DNA from: Paramicrosporidium saccamoebae KSL3
Taxonomy: Eukaryota > Fungi > Cryptomycota
Assembly (NCBI GenBank): GCA_002794465.1
Contig: MTSL01000087.1
Coordinates: 4,119 to 22,963 of the forward strand
Reading direction: 5' to 3'
DNA: 18,845 bases
Shown: piece by piece, positions 7,633-17,143 of the stretch
Numbering within the stretch: the first letter of the stretch is position 1
How the letters are laid out: every line of letters begins with the position of its first letter
Notes under the pieces: generated by a model
The model's database searches: none
The model's input: the letters and a program-made list of their open reading frames with translations, nothing else
Told to the model about the DNA's origin: nothing
Program-made: the position numbers and the translations under genes

Positions 7633-10600
7633 ATGCTCCTGGACTGGATAGATAGTTTGGGGCTCTTGGAGCATGATCCAGGTAGCTTCATCCACATAGC
7701 TCATTAATTATTAGAATCAAATGTGCTACTCTGTTTTCCGCCACCCATTCGCAAGGTCATTATCACCGAGGTAACAAACTACCTGTACCAGTCGAGCACG
7801 GTGGCCGGCATGAACACCAACTCTTCGAGTGCTGCTAGCACCCCTACTGCGCTCGCTACATCACTGGCAGCGGGAAACTTTGGTGGGGCTGCATATGCAG
7901 TCTCGGCAACGACTCCTACCGGACTGGGCTCGGACGGGCTGCAATGCCTCAACAGTCTATTCCATGTGCGTTGGATGATGGAGATTGTCGGACAGGCATT
8001 CACCCTCCCGCTGGAAGACATTAATGTTGCAAGCAATGCGGCTGCCATCTACATTCAGTGGCTAGTCGAGCCAAACAAGAGACCGCTTGCAATTCAAAAG
8101 GCCGACTATGAAACTCGCCAGTGGTTCCTGCAAACCCTCTTTCGCCACATTTCGCTAGTTTTCCAAGCAAAAAAGGTTGACGGGGTGGGTGCCGCAAAGC
8201 CACTGTTGGCTACTCTGGCTAGTAAGCATGTCGAGCTGTGCAAGCTAATGCTGCGTACCCTCTCGCAAACGGCAATGTCGTCCTCTCTTATCACAGATCA
8301 CGAGAGTGGCTCGGCGTTGTCGGGCACTTCCTGGAAGGTCTTGCTACGAGTTCTTCTCGGAGTCACCGATTTTCTCCTCCAAAAACCCAGCCAGCCCTAT
8401 TGCTATCTGTCCGAGGAACTCGGAGAACAGCTCTTGTCCATTCTAATGGAGCTTTGGATGAGATCGCAAATCTTTTCGTCCGAACTTTGGACTCTGCTCA
8501 AGACTCTATATCCACGATGGACCCATCGGATGACCGCCATCACTCAATGGAGTGCCGTGTCTCTGGCCTTGACGCAGCGGGTCACAAAGATTCTGTATGG
8601 ACAGGGCACCTCGGCTGTTGTTTACACTGTGCACTCCAATCTCGTCACATTGGATCTTTCGGATCAATATGCCGTCTATGCTTGGCACCAAGTTTTGCAT
8701 ATTATTGGCAGTCCGAATGGCATGAACCCGCAAATCTTCTTCCGCAGTGTTCTAGGCATGGAAAAGCTCGTGCAAGTGTTCCACTCTATCGGAAACGTTG
8801 AAAATGCCGGAGCCTTGCAGCGCTGTTTCCCCGACGGCAATACCATTCTTCATCTCTTTGGGTCTTGGCTATTTGAAGCCGTCAATCGAGACGCTCTTGA
8901 CTGCGCAGAGGGCCGTGCACAGGCATTTGGTGTACTCTGTCGCATCTTTTCCCACCCCCAACGACGCAACCCATTCTTATCAACGTATCTGCATCAATTC
9001 TATGCCGCTGTCATTGAAGGCCTCAAGGGAGACCTGCTTTCCCTAGTGTTCATCGTTGTCAACTGCGAGGACATTTTCGCGCTCCAGATTCCCGGTGTCC
9101 GCATCCTTGTTGCTCCGTTTGTAAAGTCCCTTCGACGGATCATTCCAAAACTGGAAAAGCCTCTTCGAGTCAGCCTAAACTTGGATGATTTGCGCCGTGC
9201 CTGTTACAAACTCCTCTGCACCATCTTTGGCTTCTGTGATCATTTCGGTAATGCTCTGGTGAGGTGCCTGAGCCCCTCTTTGGAAGGGCTTACTGTCCAA
9301 TCCATCGAGGATGCAGAGACCCCTCGTACCCCTCAGAAGCCTGGAGACGAAGAGTTTGCTGCTCAACTAAAGGCACTATATCGGCCAATTCTCGGGAATT
9401 TGGAGATGGAATCTGGCTCGTTGAGCCATGCCAGATACTGGATTTTCGAAATGTTAGTTTCATCATTCCTAGATGAAAAAGATTCGGGAAATCTTCGCTA
9501 TCTCATCAACTCTCTCACCTCTTTCACCATTGACGATGCGCATCAAACTCCTGGCATAGTTGCAATGGTTGTCGATTTATTGAGGGTGCAGCTTGGGGCT
9601 GGAAAGTGGACCGTGGACGTCTGTCTTGTCGCAATAGAATCTCTTTGTCAATTTTCCGCCTTGGAATCCGTCGTCTCCGAACAAGACCCCAAGGCAGTTC
9701 GTCGACTGGTGCTTTCCTTATGCGAATATTCCCACGCTTTAATCTCGCGGAATAATCTTTCCGTCTTTTTGAAGCCAATCATCTGCACTCTCGATTGTCT
9801 ACTGGACTGGATTATTGGCACCGATTCGTGTTCCCTGTGGTTCTCATCTGACGCAGAATGCCAATCGGCAGTCATCAACCTGTTCACACGAGCCCTCCTC
9901 TATGGAAGAGAATCTGGGAAGCGTAACGAAGGCCAAGAAGTCCACACCTCTCCGGTTGCAAAGTCGGCTGGCGATTCGCGCATTCAGAGTCCCAGCTATT
10001 CGCTTGCTACAAGTCCGTCAATGTCCAGTGTCATGGCGATGCCGATAAAGTCTCTCGAAGGGCAACTTGTCAGCACTGCTGAGATTGCACTTGCCAGACT
10101 CTTACAACATTATGGCTGTGGTCTTTCCAACCCCTTCTTCCCTGTCCACACTTCGTCCCTTTTGAACGAGTGTCTGCTGTTGAATAAGAAATCCGACAGC
10201 GCTTTGGACTTTGTTTCCGGAGGCCCCAGAAAGATTTCTAGCTTGACTAGGGAAGAGCTGCAGGACATGCGATACTTTATTCTCAATGGGAGTACCATTG
10301 TGTGCTTTATCGAGAGGCCCGCGGAAGCTAATCTCAGAGTGGGGCACATGAAGGAAAGCCCAGTGACAGAGTTGGTCGCTCTGCTGCGATCATTCAGTGG
10401 CAAGTCGGCTTGGGAGAGCTCTCTTGTATATACCACAGATTCAGAAAAGTACCGCCAGCTCTTGTCTGTAAGCTCCTTACAAGGCGAAGATCCCACCGGA
10501 AAAGTAGAATTTGATTCCATCAACTCTATCAACGCAACCGTTGACGCAGCCATCGACACAGCCATCAACACTGACCTCTTTGCATGCACAAATCATTTGG

Positions 10601-11919
10601 CCGACTCGTTAAAGGACCAACTTGCCTTGATAGAAGCACACCCAGAGCTCGAGTCGGTATCATTGCAGCTAAATGAGATTGGCCCCGTTTTTAACTCTGA
10701 TGCAGCCGACTCTCGCTTTGCCCGTGATGACAAGCGTGCTCTCAATTATACCTGCATTGAAGGCCTAGCTAGGGAGCAAATCAAAAAGACCAAGAGCGTA
10801 CTTATTCAGGAAGGGGACGCCCTGCGTAGTTACGGGGCAAGACCAACCCCAGCCTTGACTGCTGACTCTCAATACGCTCGTCTGCTGCTGTCACAGCTTG
10901 GCATGGCATCTTTAAAGGCACGCGACTCGGCTTTGAAGCTTCCCAGCTGCATTGAACTGTTGTCTGATTTGGAGATACTCGATTCATTGCCGGAAAGAGA
11001 GACTCTGAGCTGTTCCGTGTTTTACATCAAATCTGGCCGGCTCAGTCTACAGGATATCCTCGATGAGGAAATAGTAAGCAAAGATTATGCCCAGTTTGTT
11101 CGCACGCTTGGCTGGCCCGCAGATCTCAAAAAACATCCCGGCTGGTCGGGCAGTCTGACAAGCAACATTTCCTCTACCATGCCCTACTTTTCCAACAATG
11201 ACATTGAGATTGTCTTTCATGTTCCCTCACTGATGAATCGCAAAGCACTTGAAGATCTGGGTAGCGATTGCAATTCTTCTTGTCGCAGCCACAATTCACC
11301 TCCAGGCAACCATAATCCGCCTCTGGGTAGCCATAATCCGCCTCTGGGTAGCCATAATCCGCCTCCAGGTAGTCATAATCCGTCTCTGGGTAATCAACCT
11401 CCTTGTTGTGTGCATCCGCTTGCGGGCCATGCTTCGGGGCTCTACAAAACTATTGCAAACGACATGGTGAGCATTCTTTGGATTGAAGACTTGGAGGAAA
11501 TGCTTACCCTGCCGAGCAAGTTGCAAACCCGCTCCATTGTCTACATTTGCGTCAGTCCGCTCTCAGACCCCGAGTCTACTGGGTTGTACCGGATTCGCAT
11601 AATGGTCACCAGCGCGGCATCAGTGGCCATGTCCTCTGGAAACGGGCAGAATTCGGTAGCAGGCCAGAGAGGCGATGAGGCTGCTTTTCTGTTCGGTCCA
11701 CTCTTGGATGGAATGATTATCCGGCGTGAATCTTTGGGACGCCTTGTTCGAGAGACAGTCATCTCCAGCTGCCTCTTTTGTCTCTACGGCATCCAAAGCC
11801 AACAAAAGCCACTGGCAAAACGTGCCCAATTTATCCATCACGTGGCAAACAAGTATCGTCTAATGAATCTCACTCCGGCCAAATACTACAACGAGCTAAT
11901 CTACAATGCCGTCTTGTGA
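7633..11919 (+). CDS. RALGAPB: Ral GTPase-activating protein beta subunit-like, ~1417 aa
   Basis: Exon 7633-7681 plus a 33-nt intron (7682-7714) gives MLLDWIDSLG..ESNVLLCFP, similar to the RalGAPB N-terminus. VRWMMEIVGQAFTLPL, ILHLFGSWLFEA and a C-terminal RapGAP-like region (FVRTLGWP..HPGWSG..PYF..EIVFHVPSLM) are also present. Confidence 0.85.
11290..11394 (+). repeat. Coding 21-bp tandem repeat x5 (HNPP[L/P]G[S/N]) inside RalGAP-beta
   Basis: cacaattcacctccaggcaac / cataatccgcctctgggtagc x2 / cataatccgcctccaggtagt / cataatccgtctctgggtaat. Confidence 0.95.
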
Positions 11920-12280
11920 TATGGAAAGTATGATACGTAGATGTACTGTTTTGTAATAGTAAAGACTGTGATTATGAGATATAGGCTGGGGGCTATGAAA
12001 TGTAGGTTGGGACTGTTACGTGGTGTGGTGGGGTGAGAGTATTACCACGGCGGGTCTAAATGTGCGGCAGGGAACTACCAATCAATTGGTATGGATTCGC
12101 CAGCATAGTCTTCAAACGTTAGAGTCAATTTTCCCATCCCATCCCTTGCCTCTGATTCTCATTTCTATATATTGGCACTAACACCCAGCACCCAACACCT
12201 AGGTAAATATTTCATTACCTCACATGACCATGGTGCCAATATAAGTGGGCGACAGAAAATTATTTATTACCAAATGATCG
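11915..12280 (+). repeat. Degenerate pentamer tract plus partial copy (D) of dispersed element
   Basis: G/T-rich tract with ~5-bp period at 11915-12035. GTGGTGGGGTGAGAGTATTACCACGG (12025-12050) resembles GTAGTGGGGATAATACCACGG. TACCAAATGATCG (12268-12280) is identical to 212-224. Confidence 0.6.
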
Positions 12281-12323
12281 CCAGCGTAGTGTGTCAGTCT
12301 TCTGTTTCTCCCCCCTATTGGTA

Positions 12324-12867
12324 TTAGTCAGCCTTGTCTTGTTCTAAAAATTTCCTAAAAATTAAAATCCCATCCCGACGCACCTTCGGGCGCGTAGCAG
12401 CATCTCTTGCTTTCGCTGCACCAAAAGTTTTTCCCTCACACTTTGGTCTTTGGTCCAAGTCTCCGAGTCTACTTTGATTGGGGGCTCTTCAACGAGATCC
12501 GGCAGCAACTTTATCTGGCTCAGGGTGCTCTGAACACGTGAAAAAGTCGCGTTAGATTTACCTGTGCAGTCGGATTTGCGCGCGGCGCCGGTGCTCTGGA
12601 GGGATAACTTGGGCTTATTGTGAGGAGCCTCTCTATTGCAGCCTGTACAGAGCCGCCGCGAACCAGCTCGGACCGAATTACAGATGTTGGAACGTTGGGA
12701 AACATGGTTGATAATTGATTAATGGCTTCGGTCGGTGGAGCGCGAGGCTGCTCAAGCATACGATTATCTAAGCGGTTAACGGAGCACCGTCAGCGGTTAC
12801 TAAATATCCAACGTACAAGGACAATAGTGAGGGCGAGCCCGACAACAACCGGAATAGTCTCGCTCAT
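12324..12867 (-). CDS. CUE1: Cue1-like ERAD factor (N-terminal TM, CUE domain, Ubc7/G2-binding helix), ~149 aa
   Basis: Introns 12800-12768, 12561-12530 and 12383-12355 join the TM segment (IPVVVGLALTIVLVRWIF), the CUE domain (MFPNVP..IRSEL..GSVQAAIERLL) and the U7BR-like W..REKLLVQRKQEMLLRARRKF. Confidence 0.88.
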
Positions 12868-12967
12868 GCTCAACTGTCCAATAGAATTCCAGCCATTGAA
12901 TAGATCCTAAAATGGACACTTGCAAGCCAAACCGAACCATCCACGACTACAGCCACTGTCGTTATCC

Positions 12968-14957
12968 ATGGCATCAGTGCGCATAGTCTTTAGATGCTGG
13001 ATTAGGGAGATTCGGCGCCTAAAGCGCGTCTTTTTACTCGTCTGCACCATCATGCTCGTCTCCTGGCTATACACTTGCACTACTACTCCTCCCCGCCTTC
13101 GATTACTGCAATTTTTGTCACACCGAGGCGCACTGAACCAGACGATCGAAAATTATCAGGCTACAAGCCAGAACAAGTATGCGTATGCAACCCTTCTTTG
13201 CGATGATGTCATGACAGACGCAATTAAGGTGCTCATATACTCCCTGAAGAAGAATACCGATTTGCCCTTTCTGCTGCTGGTCCTCCCAGGCGTACAACAG
13301 AGAGAGGAGCTCGTCCAGCTCGGCGCTGAGATTCACGAGATCAGCATGCTCGATTACCCTTTTCGCGTGACTGCAGAGAAAACGGCCATCAACAAAATGT
13401 GTCGTTACAGTAAACTGCACATTTGGAAGTTTATCGAGTACAAGCGAATCATCTACATTGATGTCGACTGTCTTGTGATGCAAAGTTTAGATGGCGCCTT
13501 CAAGTGGCCCGAGTTCAGCGCAGTACGAGATGCTGGAGACACATTCAATACTGGGCTGTTCGTCCTGGAGCCATCTCTGCAGACTTGGGAAAGCATGCGT
13601 GACTCTTACTTTACCGCCCCATCCTATAATCAGGGAGATCAAGGTTTTATTAATTGGTTCTTTCGAAATGCAACAAAAACTGCCCTTCCCGTTCGCTACA
13701 ACACGGTGTGTAAGAATAAAGGCCATGCCACCTGGCCGCTAATGAAGCGCCAGGCCAAGATGATCCATTACACGAGCGAGACGAAACCGTGGAATTTCTT
13801 TGCTTCGCCCCATAAATACTGGCGCCAGAATTTTGACGCCCCCATGTATTACTTGTGGACCCGCACGTTTCGGCACATTTGCCAAAAATTACGAATCGGT
13901 ATGCAAACTGGACCGTGTCTAACACCACATAGATGTGCATGATCCCAAAAAGCCAATGTGGCTCAACATTAAACGGTCGGCGGAGGTTTGTGATCGGTTT
14001 TATGCATCGATTGAAAATAGCGACCTACTTGACGGGCGACGAAATGACAAGATTAGCGTCATATTTACAAAGTGGCGGAACATTAAAACTTTGACAAATG
14101 CGATTCACCATTATCGATTTATTTTGGAGCCGGTCGTGTGTAAGCTGTACATTAGCTGGAATCCCAGCCTTGGAAAGCCGGGAATCGAGCTGACTCGACT
14201 AAAGTTTCTCAAAGAAGGCCCTCCGGTGGAAATAGTCTACCACCGCTACGAATCCACTAGCAATATTTGGAGCCCAATAGCGGGACTGGCTACCAAGGCC
14301 GTCTTCCTTGCTGATGATGAGCACTTGCCGGATCTCGAAAAAATGGAAATTGCATTTGAAACGTGGAAGAATAATCCACAGTCGCTGGTGGGATTCTTTG
14401 CCCGGTATCACACACGACAGAAATTGGTTGACCCATTCCAGGCCGACATGTCCGGGATGGATCCAGCACTGCCATCTGTAAACGTTACCGACGTCCCGAT
14501 ATTACACCAGCCCGTGTCAGTTGTAGACGAACATCATCTATGGATTTACAACATTACCAGTGCTCGAAGACCGCGTCCATACTCGCTGCTTGCTTCACAA
14601 ATGCTCATGATCAATACCGAATATCTCTTTGTCTACTCCTGCCTCCTCCCCGAGAGGATCCATCGTCATATCGATGAGCAAGGAGAGGATTCGGCCGATC
14701 TGGCAATGAATGTAATGATCGCCGGAATGACTGGTTCACGGCCAGTTCTGGTCAAGTCAGACTTTGTCGATCCTGAGAGCGGAAGATTTGTTGGAGAATC
14801 CTGGGCTCTGAATCGAGGACAAATACTGAAAGATCTTGTCCGAATATTCACTGGTGGTACCCGTGACCCTCTACAGTACAACAGTGTTTCAGTGGCACAA
14901 TTTAACAAGATTCCATTCAAGAAACGATCCGTCAAACAATGGAACAAGTATACGTAA
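12968..14957 (+). CDS. Type II membrane GT8-GT64 fusion glycosyltransferase, ~651 aa
   Basis: A 34-nt intron at 13899-13932 (GTATGC..CTAAC..TAG) joins the two ORFs in frame. TM anchor at the N-terminus. GT8 motifs YATLL, YSKLHIW, YIDVD, FNTG, GDQGFIN, HYT..KPW. GT64 motifs FLADDE, AFETW..P..LVGFFARYH, DLAMN. Confidence 0.9.
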
Positions 14958-15014
14958 TAAAAAAGTGTTAACAATAATAAGCCCTATATCCTGGCCAATA
15001 TATAAAGCGGATCA

Positions 15015-15330
15015 AGACTGTCGCGTAGTGGGGATAATACCACGGATTTTGTCAGGCGGAAAAAGGAGATGGGACGAGAGGAGAATTTCCTCAGTCAATC
15101 CAGCGACCCATTTATAGTCTCACAAATAACATAATCCTTCATCGATTGTTTTGATTATCCCTTCTCCAAACACCCAACTAATCAGTCTTCTACGTCACAC
15201 AGCATATCATTGATTAATTCGGCTCAAATGGCGATCCCACAAGCCATTCCAACCACATTAAGGGTGGCTACCTATAAAGAAGCCACATACTTTAATAAAA
15301 GAGTGTTTCACCCACCAACAGGGTGAAAGA
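15015..15330 (+). repeat. Most complete copy (B) of dispersed intergenic element
   Basis: 15019-15045 matches 16843-16869 at 26/27. 15164-15197 matches 16939-16972 at 26/34. 15215-15297 resembles the reverse complement of the 126-bp tandem unit. It ends in an 8-bp hairpin, TTTCACCC-accaaca-GGGTGAAA (15306-15328). Confidence 0.8.
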
Positions 15331-15386
15331 TGGGGCCATTACTACTACAAATTTCACGACCCCCCGGCTAAACCGAAAGTGCAAGT

Positions 15387-15671
15387 ATGGGTGAAAGTAA
15401 ATTTACTGACAGTGTTCATTATCTTTTAGAGGGCAAAGTACCATACAAAAAAGCTCCCAAGAAGGAAGCAAAGGAACTTGACGAGGTAAATTGCAGCATT
15501 ACAATACCAAAAGTTTATCCTTAGAGCGACATTGAATTCAAGAAAAAGCAGGCCGAGGAAGCCAAAAAGATTAAAGAACTGGCAGAAAAGGCCAAGAAGG
15601 GACCATTAGGTATGCTGCTGTAACATTTGCAAGACTTTGTAGGTGGAAGTGGGATGAAAAAGAGCAAGTAG
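15387..15671 (+). CDS. TMA7: Translation machinery-associated protein 7, 59 aa, 4 exons (missed by ORF track)
   Basis: Introns 15397-15429, 15486-15524 and 15610-15642 give MGEKGKVPYKKAPKKEAKELDESDIEFKKKQAEEAKKIKELAEKAKKGPLGGSGMKKSK. Confidence 0.92.
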
Positions 15672-15742
15672 ACTAAATCTGAATAAATCCGCCATCTCTT
15701 TTGTCGGTTTGATAATAAACATGATTGGGCCGCCTGGCAAGG

Positions 15743-16808
15743 ATGGAACACCCAAAGGATGCCGTGCAGGTCAGATCACCCACCACCCATTCCGCCATGG
15801 TTTTCTACAAAAATTTCATCGCCGGTGGAATCGCTGGTGCACTGTCACGAACAGTCGTGTCGCCGCTAGAGCGTGCAAAGATTTTGTTCCAAGTTCCTCT
15901 AGCCAAGCTGCTAACAATTATATAGGTGCAGAACAGTGCCAGCGTGTCAAATGTTGGCCGAGGGGGCCTTGACAGCATCATTAGAAGCGGCGTTGGCCAA
16001 GAGGGACTCGATTCTTTGGGTAGGACGGCCAGAAACGGCGTCGGTCGGGAGGGGTTTGACTCTCTTGGGAGCACATTTAGAAAGATCCTTCGACAGGATG
16101 GTGTCGTCGGGCTGTTCAAGGGGAACGGGACCAACATTCTCAGAATAGTTCCCTACTCATCCATGCAGTTTGCATCGTACGAGCTCTACTTGAAGGTAAG
16201 CCTAATATCAAGTCCATATAATGTAGCTCCTTTCGCGTAGAGCCGAAGAAATTTCCACACTGCAGAGGCTTTCTGCTGGGGCGTGCGCAGGAATTACCGC
16301 GGCGACATTTACCTATCCATTGGATTTGATCCGAACAAGACTGAGTCTCGTCACCACTTCCAAGTTTGGTGTAGTAGACGGACTGCTAAATGTATATCGC
16401 AACGAAGGCGGAGTCTTTGCTCTATATCGGGGCCTCACGCCCACATTATTGGGGATCGCTCCGCTAGTTGCTGTCAATTTCACCGTGTATGAGCATTTGA
16501 AGCAAAAAGCTCGAGTTATTACGAGATGCAAAGATGTCTCTATACCCGCTCGTCTTGCTTGTGGGGGCATTGCTGGTGCAGTTGCACAGACCATTACATA
16601 CCCCTTAGATGTTTTGCGCCGTAGATTACAGTCAAGCGGACTCTTGGGTTTTAATTACACTGGCATGACTGAAGCAATCGTTCGAATGTACCGAGAAGAG
16701 GGGATATCGTCTTTCTATCGGGGATTGCTACCAAATTATCTAAAGATGGTCCCGGCCATAAGTGTGAGCTTTGTTGTATATGAAACTGTACAGAATTTTT
16801 TGACATAA
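15743..16808 (+). CDS. Mitochondrial carrier (SLC25), YPR011C/SLC25A42/Leu5-like group
   Basis: Introns 15893-15925 and 16196-16226. Three carrier motifs ([30 protein letters not shown]), plus [17 protein letters not shown] and [17 protein letters not shown]. Start at 15743 or 15797. Confidence 0.93.
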
Positions 16809-16839
16809 ACTGCCGTTATTTCTGTGAGGTTTATTCTCG

Positions 16840-16990
16840 TCGTGTCGCGTAGTGGAGATAATACCACGGCCTAGTTTAGGCGAGAAGAGAAGCTGTTCAC
16901 TGCTAACCCTAGTATAGTATGGATACACATCTCACTGTCCTCAAATACCCGACTAATCCATCCTCTACGCCATAGTCTCATGATCGTTTT
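16840..16990 (+). repeat. Copy (C) of dispersed intergenic element
   Basis: Carries block 1 (16843-16869), block 2 (16878-16911) and block 3 (16933-16958), shared with the copies at 15019, 1451 and 7. Confidence 0.8.
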
Positions 16991-17143
16991 ATAGCCGAAT
17001 CTTTCCATAAAATCTCCAATCTCCTCAACAAAGATCCTGCCCATCATCCAATGAACGCATTGTTTACACACAAGTCGGCGATTGGCCAATGATGACAGAA
17101 TAGTATACGAGGGCACTTTTGATGCCTGGTATATTGCTCAAAT

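Noticed and set aside
7779-11841. Numerous 60-190-aa ORFs overlapping RalGAP-beta (and similar ones over the kinase, MED14, GT and carrier genes)
   Set aside because: Antisense or alternate-frame shadows of well-supported genes, with no motifs.
13899-13942. Frameshift or pseudogene between the GT8 and GT64 ORFs
   Set aside because: Fully explained by a 34-nt intron with a strong donor (GTATGC), branch site (CTAAC) and TAG acceptor.
15228-15326. 32-aa ORF MAIPQAIPTTLRVATYKEATYFNKRVFHPPTG in element copy B
   Set aside because: The ATG corresponds to ATA in the homologous tandem units, which contain stops and indels, so coding is not conserved.
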